A stretch of 61,360 nt of DNA, the filler included, from Sphacelaria rigidula (Eukaryota): the NCBI GenBank assembly GCA_964200075.2. It is 3 parts of 3 records of this genome, joined end to end, with 100 filler letters (N's around TTAATTAATTAA, not from the genome) between each part and the next. Parts side by side here need not be neighbours in the genome. Positions count along the whole stretch, not along the records: positions 1 to 20,398 come from CAXNAA020000533.1; 2 more parts are not named here. One strand, 5' to 3'. Below, piece after piece: positions 1 to 13,700 of the stretch (position 1 is the stretch's first letter; each line of letters opens with the position of its first letter). Below the pieces are notes generated by a model. The model was not told where the DNA came from, did no database searches, and saw nothing but the letters and a program-made list of their open reading frames with translations. The position numbers were made by a program, and so were the translations under genes.

Positions 1-229
1 CCCTTGTCCCCTGGTCATCATCCAGGATCCACTATATACTCAATCGTGTCGGCGTGATTTCGCCACAAATCTCACGAAAACGTCGTTCGTAATTCCCCGA
101 CATTGGTTTTTCACATAGAACCCCAGTACTTCGGTCATCGGAATCCAAATTTGTGTGGCGTGTAGTACTTGTTCATAGCTACCAGTAGGTGGAGGAATGG
201 AACCATGTTTCGAAGAAGAGCTGGTGTAG

Positions 230-480
230 ATGCGAAGATCTTAATTCTCCGGGTTCTCATCCGCAATGAAAAACTCCATCCTCAATTTCGATGACCGGCT
301 GTCAATTGTCTGTTAGAGGACGTATACATGCTCAAGAGTGTCCAGATTACTCAAAGCATACGGCATGTGAAAGCTTTTGAGTGCAAATATTCCTCTGGCG
401 TCTTGCCACGAGGCTTGTACTTCGTCCGACGAAAAAATACCCTCTGGCAACTATACGGTATGTGAACCCTCTAGGAGGCA
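230..480 (-). pseudogene. Decayed GIY-YIG-like endonuclease frame
   Basis: GFTYRIVARGYFFVGRSTSLVARRQR is followed, after a frame change and stops, by LEHVYVL*QTIDSRSSKLRMEFFIADENPEN. This fits the GIY / YIG / R / E..I...P layout by eye only. Confidence 0.35.
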
Positions 481-3094
481 CATTTTTTCCTGGAGGGATC
501 AAGCCCTCCAGAGGGTTCCAACTGGACTGTAACTGCTCTCGAGTAAGCAATACCCGACCAAAACAGAGTATTCCGAAATACTCGGAGGGTTGAAAAATAG
601 TACGCTGGAGGGAGCCGATTGGCCACGTACGCCGGTTTTTGAAGTTGGAATGTAATTTTTTTGAAACGAGTAATTTTGGTCATTACGAAATCATTCAAGG
701 ACGGGTTTACTTTCATCTTCGCCGGTTATCAAAAGCCTCAGGGTTGTGGGGACTTCGAGGGATCACGTGCCGTTCTGGGATCTCCGGTAACAACCGTATG
801 AAAAAAGTGTCCTCAAATTGTTCCGTGGTGATCGTAGGTGCCTGAGTGCAAATCTTTACAGTCCAAATGCACCAATTTGTCGCGAGGTTTTGCCGATGAG
901 TGAGCTGTAGTGTACTATGCCGATACGACCTTCCAACTATTTGATGACAGTATTAGGCGCAATTCTATAACGTGAAAACAGCCCCCCCCCCCCCCCCCCC
1001 TGCATCAGTTTATCGAGTTTCTCAACGAAACTCCGTACAAGCAGTCGTTGAACTACCCCCGAACGAGCACATTCTTAAATTTTGCTCCAAGGCATTCGGT
1101 GCACCGACTTCCAGGGCTCTCCATGCCTGGACCCCGGGAAGCCGATAGAGATCGAAGAAACTTGAAATGTCTTCCAACAACATTCGTTCTCCATCCGGAG
1201 CACCGGCACCCACTGGGCTGCCGAGGTTGAGGGCGATCTGGACTTTTATATGACAGATATTAGGGAACCGTCCGGATGCTTTGTGGGTCTTTCGCGCAAA
1301 TCATGAGTGGAAATCCTACAAGGCCCCACATCAACAGAATATCACTTCGGGATGTATTTCGATCGTAGAGTGATCGTTTTCACATCTTATCTTCTGTCAG
1401 ATTCCCGAGCCGGTGGTGTTTAATACGACGGGGAGCATGTGGAGAGTGGGTGAAAATTGGGTTCGAAACTCGTACATTTAATTTCCAAATTTGGAGGCCG
1501 CTGATTTGTCGACGTACATCTTCACCCCTAGCGTCAACCTTTTGGCCTTGAACAAAAATCCGGGTACGTCACCCTCTTTCAGTTTTTTATGGCGATCCAT
1601 ATGATACCGTGGATACGACTATTGGATAACCACCACCAAAGGTAATCGCTCAAGAAAAATTTTGGGCGCTCACCCGGAACCAGCGTGTAGCGACCCCACC
1701 TATGAACTCGGTGCCGTGTACTCTGTGCGCAGGGCTGTTGTTGCTGCTACAGCTGCTGTTGCCAAGGCATCAAAATCATCGAATACGTTCGAGCTTTCCC
1801 CAGCAAAACCTCGCATTTTCGCAGTTTTTAGGTTGAAAACAAAGCAAACCCGACCGGACAAACGAAAAAAGCCATCGACAACACACAAACGCAGACCAAA
1901 ACGAGACAAGGGGACGAAATAATTCAGGATCGGAGCTTTTCGCAGAGAACCAGCCAGTTGCAAGGACATGCGTCATCACTAGAATAGCATCCCCATGAAT
2001 GCATATTCCACGCGGGTCATTGCATTCAAGTGCTGCTCCTTTACTCAAACCGTGCGACCAAATCTTCGTGGACTGCAATAATAATCTCCGGCAAAACATT
2101 TTCCCTTTAAACTTCTTCAATTTTTGGAGTGGAAACAGGGAAGTCTTGGACCCGCTGTTGAATTCCCATCTCTCCATCCCTGTCCCCCTGAAAACAGCGC
2201 ACTGAAGCTCACTGCATGTGTTACAGGGGGGAAAAGATGTACATCAATGCATCACTTGGTTGTCGAGTTCACCACTTTTTTTTCGAACCGAACCGAGCTC
2301 TCATCTTTCACCTCAAATTTCTTCTCAGCGCCATCGTCGACTCTTTTACGGATATTCCTTCACCAATCCATTCTTCTTTCGCGAGTTCAACCACGCGACA
2401 GTACGGCAGCCACGGTGTCATTATTATACCAATAATAATTATAACAGCATGAATTATGATGAAGACACTCCACCCCACTTAATCCACGCATGTATCGACT
2501 GTACATCCAACACACTGCAAATCGCCCATGACACAGCATGAATGATACGACTTCGACCACTATTCGGCGGCAAGACGCTCCCGTCCGTTTTCGATCAGTT
2601 GACGACTTGCAACATGTCTTCCTCCGCTAATATTCGTTTCACGACTCAACAGGCATACGAACACAACAGCGGAGCACCCAACACTCATCACCACAATTGC
2701 ACCGCAGCACTGTACGTTACCCTTAAGCTCATGCGCATGGGATAGGACGGGCAGGGGAGAGGAATGGGACACGGTAGAGAGATCTCGTGTACAGCTAGAC
2801 CAAAAAAGGGAACACAAGCAAGTTCGGCGACGTGTCCTTCATCTTTCCGTGCGGTTGTCGATTTCCACCAAATCAGGGCTCAAACGAGAACAGTTTCGAC
2901 CGAAACAATCCCACATTGCCGCCGCAACGAAACGACAACCTACTGCCAGGTGGTTGAAACAATACACTCATCAAGAGAACGAGAAGAAACACTTTTTTTT
3001 TATGTACAACAAATGTAGAAAATGTCACGAGATCGGAAAGAAGATCGGATTACAATGCCCTACACCTACCCTGTACCTAGACGACGAGGGCGGA

Positions 3095-3146
3095 GACGAC
3101 GAGGACGACGACGACGACGAGGGGGAGGAGGAGGAGGAGGAGGAGA
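3095..3146. repeat. (GAC)n/(GAG)n triplet tract
   Basis: Read directly from the sequence. Confidence 0.8.
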
Positions 3147-4713
3147 AAAGCCACCAAGAACAACCGACACCGTGCAACGCCTACTTTTCTTTTTTACATA
3201 CAGACAGTTCAAGTGAGCTTGAAAAGCATCCACCAAAACGAAACACTCGATAGACGTTCAACGGTTCCAAATACTGTACATCTTTCTTTCACAACGTGGT
3301 CTTCGGTCCAACCCCGCCCCTGCCCCCTCCTCCCCAGCCACCCTGCCGGCAAGAATCAATCACGTTCCTTCCAACACCACCCCCTTGTCGCACAAACACA
3401 CAAAACACCACCGCACAGCCCAGTGAAAAAGGTCGTAAACAGACAAGGTTCCCACCCCCCGTCATCAGATCACGCGCACCCCGTCTCCGGTGGTGCTACG
3501 TAGCCAAGATCCTGGGGTAAATAAGCGAGTATTCACAGGGAAAAGTAGAGAAAAATTGTATCACCTCTTGATTCGGGCGCGGGCGCGCGGGGATATCTGT
3601 TTTCGTGCAAAAGTGCACGACAAAAACAACTCATGCGGCAAAGGTACCGGTGACGGGGCATGATACGGTACTCACCAACACATGCCAACACATCATTTCT
3701 CGCGCGCGTATTACCTACTTACGATGCAAGGGTGGGGAATTGGTGAGGAAGAGCACAAGCTCTTACCCGTGCGACATAGTCCTCCGAGCGACGGAGCACT
3801 TGAGCGATCGCCTGACGACGTAAAAAGGATGAATTCATCAGTGAAAACACGCCACACAAAAAAATCACTCGCGCGACAATTTTCTGCGCGGAACCGTACT
3901 GTCCGTACAAGCCATCCATGCACATGAACAGAGCTAGAGCAAAGTTAGGCTTCCTGTACAGCAAGCACGGCAGATACCGTTCAAAGTTGCCGTATAATCT
4001 CACATTCTTCAGACACAGCGCCCACCTCTCCACCGCCCGCCCCCCTGCATAGGACAAGAGGATTACCGTCCTTGTCCGATGCGTGACACACTAAAGGGCC
4101 ATCGATTTTCTTCAAACGGTCGCAATAACTGTCGACAATGTCTCCATAGGGTCCACGAAGGAGATGGAACTGTCCAGCGATAATAGAATCCTAAGTCTTT
4201 TGGGGCAGTGTTTCTGGGACAAGATGTTGGCCACGCAAATACTGTACAGATTTGATCAAAACTTTGAAAACCAATGGCTCCACCACCGTCTCCCTCCACT
4301 GGCGCTTCGTACCCGTATGATTGAACATCGTCGAAGCCTAGCCTCGAATCTCTGACGAATACTTGAGGAGTGGCTACTACCGTGCTAATGTAATATACAT
4401 CCCAACTGGGGGAAACGGACGTGTTAGGGGGTCTCCACGCTGTCGAATAAAAGGTCAGGGAAACGGGACATCCCCTCAACAAACAGTACACCGTTTTCCT
4501 AGGGTCCGCTACTTACTGCACACAACAATCTCCACAGTCACACCTCCACGACGAACGTTCGAATCCTCCCACCATCACGCCACAAAACGTTTGGCACGTT
4601 CTACCGTCTTCACCTTGCAGTCTCGTGTGTGCTCACACCATCAAATGGGAACCGTACTCTTTTCTATACCCCCGTAGACAAACCTCATCACCAATCCACC
4701 CCCACCTTCAACC

Positions 4714-7700
4714 TCAACTCGAGCTTCTAACGTCCGGTTCCAACCCCACTCCCGACCCATCAACTCTCCCCGGCGGAACCTCCGCAGCCTCCGGCTGCAC
4801 CGCTGTCCTTATCGGGCTTCTACTGCTGGTGCTAATAGCGCCATCACCGTCGACGATACCCTCCGTCGCCGCTGTTTCCGACCTGGACGCAGGTTCTGTC
4901 GACAAGGGGAACACCATGGGGGCAGCAGCCTCAGACGACGAAGTGGCAGCTGCCGATTCTTTTGCCTCCTGCTTCTCTATACTGGCCACCTCCACGGCGC
5001 GGCGCGCAAATTTCGTCATGTAGCTCTGTTATCGGTAGGACGGGGTACGTGCGCGCGGGGATGAGGGCGGTGGTTGAAGGGGCGGGTGACCTTTATGAAA
5101 CAATCCATCATGATTGCGGTATGCTCAGGTGTCGAACAATTCCACATCTTCGGATGACTTGACAACAAATCTACATCAACAGAGGGGGGGATGACGTCTG
5201 AAACGGGCAAAAAGCATACTGCCCGATGTGAGAACCTGAATTTCTGCTTGGTGTGACTGCGCTGTGCGTGGAAGATCCTCAACGTTGCCCGGTTGAGCCG
5301 CCCAGCGACGCCAAGACGAGATACTTCCTGCATCGTAGGTCAAGCGTGCACGAGGTACACGCCTTGAACGCGGCTACGGTCCGCAAGTCTACGCAAGCGA
5401 TGTTCAACTTGATTCAGATTGTTATGGACATGAAAAGCACTGGATGTCCACCCGTGCACCCGTTCCCCTTACGGGATAACGCTCCGGTACAAGAGGAGTG
5501 AAATAAATCAGGCTGCCCCCCGCCTCCATCCCTCCTTTCCTCCTCCACCTTACACATAAAGGGGATCGTAGGTATGAAAGAGGGCTACTAAAACAAATCA
5601 GATTCCGGAACAGTCTCATTGGGGTAGGAGGTTCATGAAGTCACAGTGGGGCATATGCGACAAGCCTGTGGCTCATACACATTATTCCCACACCGCGTTT
5701 CCCTCTCTCCCCGTCCCCACCCACTCATCCTCCTCAAAATGCCAACATTCTACGGCTTTCGTGATCGAGAAACTGCCAGAGACGCCTCTTACCTGTAACG
5801 TCCGTTGGTCAACCTCACTCAACCCACCACCGCTGCCTCCGGCGACGTAGCCCGACTCTCCACCCGCACCACCCGCACCACCCACCCACCCACGACGAGG
5901 GGACACGGCGCTGCTGCGGCCAACGCTGGCGCTGGCGTCCGGTCTCGCCACAAGGGCGTCCAAAAGAAGGGTCTCCAACAGTAAAGCGGCCTGCGATCCA
6001 TCGTATCCCGTTCGCGAGGAATGGAGAATGACGCGTTCGAGGAGTGTATGTGTATGTACGTATTGGGGGCGCCAGGTACTTCGAGAGAGCATGAGTGAGA
6101 ACCACGGTCAATCCGTGTCCAGAACACGCTCATATACATGGGTTTCAGCATCGTCTTTACCCACGGATTTCGTGAATGTGCTTACGAACGAATATTCCGT
6201 CACATGAGATTATCATCCATTCCGTCATCCATACTCCGAGGAGAGATGCACTTCACGAGGGTCGCATCCCTCCTCACTCGTCATCCGCGTCGCCATGGAG
6301 TTCCACACGCAAGAATAAACGCACAGCTCTCTTGTCGTAGCGGAATACATCCACAACACCACGAGGATTTTGCCCCCAAGTCCAAGGGCGGGAATGTAAC
6401 ATGCATTGCTTGTGGAAGCGCAACGATTCAACGATTCAAGATTATGGTTTGGGGTCTTCGGGGGGGCAAAGAGTGGATAAGACGTATGCGGCCCGCAGTC
6501 GGTAGGTGTTGAGTGGGGTGGTGTTTTCGGCACGCACGGCTGCGGAACTAAATTTCACCACCCAACCCTTTTAGAACTGTTGATGGAAAAGTGACGATTT
6601 AAAAACTCCCATATTCGAGCTTTCGTCTCCGGGAAAACGTCACTTCGAGCTCGGTGCACGAATCTGTCACACTAGTATACTTGAACTGAGAGTGGTGCAC
6701 CGATTTGGTGGGCTGCATCATCAAACACCTCCAGAAAAAGAACCGTATCTTGCCCAAGAACACGTCAACTGTAAATTGTCATTTTTCCATCAACGGCTCC
6801 GAAAGGGTTAAACCCTCGGGCTGTCTTCGTTTCTTGTGAACCTCGGGCGCAGCTTCCAGAGTTGGGAGACCATGGGAATCTAGGCCATCTTCATATATAT
6901 CACTGTTGTGTAAGTAAGAGCCTATATCCTGCAACGGCTAAAGTCACGAACAACGTGCCTCACTTTGCCCACCGGCCCGAATGTCTCCCTACATCAGTAG
7001 TACCCAAGGTCGTCAAAATACTCTTGATTAACAACACCGATCTTCAAAACTGGGGACAAAAAACATGAAAACAAACTTGCAACGACTATTCGTTGTTGTC
7101 TCACATATTTCAGAAAATTGGCCACCCAAAAACCATCGCTGCGGCATTTGAACCGTCATGTACTTCTATAAAGCTCTTTGTAGCCTTTTCTGATGCTCGC
7201 ACAATTGTGGACGATAAAATCAGCGCTACAGTCACGAATCAATCGCCCGCCGCTGACGTACCTTTTCGTAGCCCTTTCGAGCGGGCTCCCACATACCAAG
7301 AACCTCGCTCGCCGCCGACTCCCGAGCCTGCGCGAGAGCCGCTCGCACAACAATATCCTTGGCAGAAACCGCGACAGCTCCTGACGCCGCTCCATGCCTA
7401 TTCGAAGAAGACAACATGGAACCTGCACCTCCACTGCCGCTGGCTCCAGCTGTCGCCTCTCTCACAGACTGCGTCATGTTCGCATTGACAGGCACTGTAC
7501 CGCGTCCTCCGGGTGCCGCGGAAAATGCCAAACCCCCCGCCGACACAGACGAGGTCTTCCCTTCACCGCCGCTTCCTTCCGGGAGGTTCGACTCTGGTGG
7601 GATTGATATACCAACACCGGCCGATACGCTCCCCTCTGCCATTGCCGCCGTCTGTGCGGGGTTGGATAACCCCGTTTCCTGCGCCCCCCGCAACTCCACC

Positions 7701-10700
7701 CTGCAGCGCTCCGCACGCCTCAAGATTGTTGAGAACTGCCCGGTCAACCACCTAAGCAAAGATCCACCCCATGCAGCCACCTGCGCTTCCGACGACGAAG
7801 CTGCTGCCGCTATCGATGACGGAGATAATCCGGCGCCGCCGCCGCTAGTGGTACTGTTAGCGCCAACACCGGCGCCTGCGCCGCCACCACTGGGAGTTCC
7901 TCCGATTGTGGTGGGGGACGGCAGGCTGCCGTCGTCGCCTCGTGATACCCGTCCTGAACCCTGCCTAGAAATCGCCTGGTGGGGGCGGGGACTGTTATCG
8001 GTGCCCCCCGCAGCAGCTCGCGACGAGCCCAAAGACGACGGCCGTTGATCGTCATCGGCCGATGACGTCGGACCACCTCCCACCGCCGATGCGCGAAGCG
8101 GGCCTAGGTTACTCCGGGTGTGCTGGGATCCGGCGGGCTGTGGATTTGGCGACGCCGGAGGGGAGGGGGGTGGCGCCGCTGCCGCTGCAGCAGCAGCCGC
8201 GGCGGGGTGCGCGTGAGAGAGAGACTCCAGGGCCTGGTTGCCCCACACGATCGCCTCCTTCGCCATGGATAGGCTCTTCAGGTAGAGGACCACGGCCTCT
8301 CCGAACAGCCGGTGGCTATCACAACAGGTCGACGAGGCAGACCCTCCCCCTCCTGTGTCGGATGATTGCGAGCTGCTGTCGCCGCCACCGCCGCCGCCAC
8401 AAAAAGCCAGGGATGGGAACCAGTTGGTGTCTTCCTCGTCGGCGAAGAGCGGGGGCCTAGTTTCGCCTGGGTGTCGACAGTGCGGTCAAGAAAAAAAATG
8501 CAGACTTGCGGTGTGGGTGCGGATGGGAGATGTGATGCAGCGTCACCCACGACTGTGCCAAAGATGACTGAGCTAGGGGAGCGGGGCGAAAATGAAAACA
8601 CAGGCACTGCAACAACACCAACCATCATGAATACCTAGAAGCTCACCATATACCACCGCTTGAAACTCTCTGGAAGCAACAATTCATCAATCACCTTGCG
8701 AGAACACGGTGGCATGTCCGTCGGCAGCCTGCGCGAAAGGTCCTCTCTCCGCCACCGATTGCAGCCCCCGCAACGACTCGCTTCCTGCACTGCCCCGATC
8801 TTGGCCTATGCTAGAAGCTCTGGAGGAACGCATGAGAGCGTCAATGCCTTCTCTTTGTCGGGCGTGCATCGCTGGCACAACGCAGGAGTCTCCGAGCTGA
8901 AAATGGTGGCACCGAAACGCCGACATACATGCGGAAGGAGCAGAGGCGAGCCAGCAGCTAGCTGCATTCAAGAAGGGCAAGCGTTGCTCAACACATCGAA
9001 TCAAACAGCCGGTCGAAGTGCGTAGCCACCAAAAGTTTGCTTTGTTCTTATGAGTATACAGCACCCGGCTACGCCAGTGCAGTGTTGTGTTCCACATTAA
9101 TCGTCCATCTAGTCAGTTTTTTCAATATACCTTTCTGTGGTCTGGCGGTACACCCACCACCTACCTGCGCCAATAGCACCGCACGCCTGCCGAACAGCTC
9201 CACAATCTGGCCGGATTTATTGGGTCCGAGATGACGCGCGGTAAGCCGTTTCGTTGAATGTTGGGGAGGGCGATGTTGTAAGCAAAACACCATATGGATG
9301 CAAACATGAATTTTGGAAGGGTTATGTACCACGAGGGGCCTACAGCAGTGTGTTCTTTTGAAACGACGAAAAACTAATGTTCTTCTACGGATGGTCAACA
9401 GTCAGAAACAACTCAACGCACAAACGACGGGAAAAATAGCGGGAGTCCGCTAGTTTGGTCACCTCTTATCGCGGGAGACGGAGCTAAACGCTCTGATGTA
9501 AAAGTCTTGACGTCCGACCAGTTTCCTACGCCACGGATTTTCCACCGGGTTGACATGTTAGAATATATAACAATGAGTTCTACGGAATATGTGAGCCTGA
9601 GCACAGACGCCCGCACGACCCCCTCCCTGACCACAGACCTGAAGGCACCGCACAATCCCTTCCAATGATAGAGGCGGAGCCCCCCCCCCCCCACCGCCGG
9701 CAACTCGGCCGTCTCCGGGTCCCATCGCACCTCCACCGCCTCCTGTCCCAGCGGCCTGTCCACCTGCCCCCGCGCCACCCCACATCCATCTTCCTCCCGC
9801 TGCTACAAGCCGAGGCCCGAGGGACCGCGGATCGCTCGCTTCTGCTACGCCTGCACCGCTGCCTGCCCTTCCCCGTGCCCCCACCACTACCCCCACCCTA
9901 GGAATATTTTGTTGTTGTGCTAGCCCGGCCGACTTTGGTTGTCCGCCACCGGCTTGATCCAAGGAGGTGGCGGTGGAGGTAGCGCTGCTGTCTACCATGA
10001 CGAAGTCGTCGCTACCACCGGAGCCGTCGCCGCTGTCAGAGCGCCCTTTCATCTGTTGGCGCGGTTGTAGCAGCTGCTGGTGTGCTTGCTGATGCTCAAA
10101 CGCACCCGCAGCCGCTTCCTGCTCAAATCTCATCCGCATAACCCGCTCCACATCACCAACACCACCGGCACCTGCGGCGCCGGTACCCGTCATCCCTACC
10201 GCCCCTCCTAAGCTCCCACCGTGAGCAAGGCCGCCGCCGCCGCCTGGATAGACCCCGCTACCTGCGCTCCACATTCGTTGCCGCTGAGTACCGATCATGG
10301 CCGCCAGCTGCAACGGATAGCTTTCGGGGGGCGATGAGCTGAGCACCTGGAAACTTCTTGCGGGCCGGACCGTGGCTTCCGAGAGAGCCGTCGTCACAGT
10401 CGTCCCCTGAGTATTACTACTCCTCGCATACCCCCGGCGTGGGGGAGGATCGGTGGGTGACAAACGCGGGGACAGATGGGGCGATGCCTCCACCGACAGC
10501 GGTCGTCCGCTGCTGATGCCGCCACTGATATCAAACGCGGGGCGAGCTCGACCATCCTGGTGGTGATGTGGTTCATCATATGAGACCCATGGTGATTCTT
10601 TATCATCCTTCTCAAGACCCCGCGGGCCTTCCCGTGAAACTTGCGCTCCGAGATCGTACGAAAGGCGACGAGTGCGGGTACCGCCGCCGACGCCATCACC

Positions 10701-13700
10701 GCCACCCCGACCTTCGTCTCCCGCCACACTGTAGGCTACCCTTCCACTAGTGGCGTCATCGATGTACGCCGCGCTCTCCCGCTCGCGTTCCCTGGCGCGC
10801 GCGATGGCGTAGCCCATGTACGACACTTCCGGCGCCGAGCTTGGTCCGTGGGGGCGAGGGCGTCGTCGCTCGTAAGATTGAAGCGGGGCAATCTCGCCGC
10901 CGCTATCTCTGCCACCATCTTCTGCATGCCCACCACCCCGCCATCCGCCACGACCCTGACCGCCGTGCTGCGGCCAGTACCCGCCACCGCCACCGCCGGC
11001 ACCAGATGGCGACCACGGCGGTCGTTCCCGCTGCTGGTCGCGTTCGTCATAACCGGAGCCTCCACCGCTGCTGCCAACGGCACGGTGCCGCGAGGAATCT
11101 TGTCGAATAGGTATTGGGTTCGCGCCTCCTCCGCCTCCTCTACCCCCACGCTGCGACACCGATCCCAGGGACGGCGATGGCGGGGTCAACGCCGGGCGTG
11201 ACGGGATCCCCGCCTGCTGATGCTGATGCTGCTGCGCCCACCCGCTTTTCGAAACCACACCCGTTCCGCCACCGGTCCCCGCTCGATGGTGAAGGTAGTC
11301 TGCAGCGCCCATATGTCGGGGCAACGAATTCGGTGGTGTTTTGACGCGATTGCGCTGTTGCGTTGCCGATGCTGGCTCGCTGAAAGTCCGCGTGAACCTC
11401 GCGAACCTAGGGTCATCACCCACCCCTCTGCCTCGCGCATCCGCCCCCTGTGCGCCACCGCCACCTCCACCTCCCCACCGCCACCCCGCCAATGGCCACC
11501 AACTGCCTCGGTCATGCCCCTGCATCTGTCCCTGACCTTGCCTTGGCGTTGCGCCTTTTCCTTGCGGAGTAGCCCCTCGCCCCTCCGCGCCGCCGCGATC
11601 CAACCGCGTATGCACAGCGGACCCTCGCTGCTGCCGGAAACCGCCCGCCGCTTCCTGGACACGACCTTGTGCGGATTGGCCAGTGGCATTGCTGCCTTGG
11701 ACAGAGGGCTCCACGTCCCGGCCCTTGTCTCTCTCAGCACTCGCCCGTCGGTCGCCTCCTCCCGTCCCCCTGCTACCCGATGCCGCGACCGCCGGCGCGG
11801 GTGCCGTAACGGCTGCGAAGGGGGATTGTCCCCCTGAGGCGGGTTTTTGTCGAGCGTCGGAGCCCGCCGGGGGGTCGCCCCCGCCAGTATCCGACGAAGG
11901 AGAGATGGAGCGCAAAACGTCGCAATTGAAGAACTCGCGGAACGACGCGCGGTACTGGGGCTCGGGTACCAGCAAGCGGCAGAGGAGCTCGGCGCACGCC
12001 CTTCCCGCCCTCGGCACGCCCTCCGGCATCGGATAGTAGCCCTCGCGCGCGGGCGGGAGGGGCGCTCGGCGGATATTTGCTAGCAGTTGGATCTGCGGGA
12101 GGAGAAAGACGACAAGATAGGGAAAAAAAACGTATTTCACGCGCACATCTGGAGACTGAGCCCAATCGCCTCTGTGGGTATCTGTTGGCATGATACCTGA
12201 TTGACGGCACGTGTAACTCACTCGTTCGCATGCGAACGGTACCATGACTTGAAGTATCTCACCTTCGGTGGTTGGGCATCTTACTGCTTGCATGTATACC
12301 TGTTCGTCTGCTTTAGAGTACCTGATTTGCGCCTCCGAAGGGAGGCTTGCCGGCCAGCATCTCGAAGAGGATAGCACCCACGCTCCAGAGGTCCGATTTG
12401 GCGTCGTATTTTCGACCTTGCAAGATCTCCGGTGCCTGCATGTCGCCCATATTCAGTCGTTGTTCGGAGTCAGCCGGGAACAGCAGAGTTCACGAAGGCC
12501 GTAGCGTTACGAATGTATAATGGGGAAGGGATACGCAATGGACTACGGTTCCCGTCTTCATTTCTCAATACATTTGTGGCTAGAGACTTTATCCATTCGT
12601 GCGGAGTGCCAGTGGCACCTTGGAAGGCACGCCAGGCGCACCCACAAAGGAGAAAAGAATAACAAGAAAAAGGCATATGAAATAACACCTGTGATCCAAA
12701 AAAGATATCTCAGCGGCGCTCACACGAGTAGATACACGTAAGACCCGAAAAAACTGGGGAACACCCGTGTATGCCTCGAAAGTACAACGGTAAGTGCATG
12801 TTGACAATGAGAGCATTGTCCCAATATATATATATATATATATATAGCAACAGAGAGTGGGGTAGAACAAGAACGCCCACCATGTAGAGAGGGGACCCGC
12901 ATATAGTCTCCGCCATGGACGCCTGAGCAAGCTCACGGGCAAATCCGAAATCGGCTATTTTCAAGGTGGCGTCCAGTCCCTGCATGGTCAGCAGTAGATT
13001 CTGCGGTTTAAGATCCCGGTGAACCAAGTTCTTCGACCATAAGAAGTGCAGCCCAGAACCTGAGATGCGCAAATGGAAGGAATTTGCGTTGCCGACGCAC
13101 TCGTTGAAGTGGATCAAATGGGGAAGATAGGAAAGCACCTCTGACGTTTCAAGAAAAATCTGAAACAATCTCAACACGGAGAAACGAAGTCCTGCAAGCG
13201 TCTACAAGCCAAAACATCGAGTACCTTTTTTTTTGGTACCCAACAGGGTGAAATAACGTATCTAAAGTGCTTGACGAACAATAAGGTGCTCGCAACTTTT
13301 TACTGCCCACCAAGGTGAGTTCGTACGACGTTGTGAGTCGGCTACTATTACAGCGGGTCTGAGCCCGAACGATAGACCGCAGATCTGCGCGGTCGTTGAC
13401 GAACATCGAAAATAGAGAATGAATGATGACAATATCTTGCCGGCTGACCAGAAGGGATCTAGTTCAACGTTTTGTAGGTAGCAATAAGTATGCACGCAGT
13501 ACCCTGGACACGGCTTGGCTTCCAGCTCGGCTCTGTTCGTGACAAGTAAGGGATTGTGCTTGCGGGTTAACGATTCGTGGCCACTTTGGAAATATCCACG
13601 ACACTAAGCATTATCTCGCATGAACGTGAAGATCTTACCAATGGACACTACACTGCGTTTTCGTCTGATCTGTTCTGGACGCCGGTCTCCACCTTTTGGT

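Noticed and set aside
2849..3253. Acidic-tract ORF
   Set aside because: It is driven by GAC/GAG triplets; no domain or splice context was found.
7359..12036. Many overlapping plus-strand ORFs
   Set aside because: They are antisense shadows of GC-rich ATG1 exons.
9558..12377. 939-aa ORF as a standalone gene
   Set aside because: It is ATG1 exon 7 plus read-through into flanking introns.
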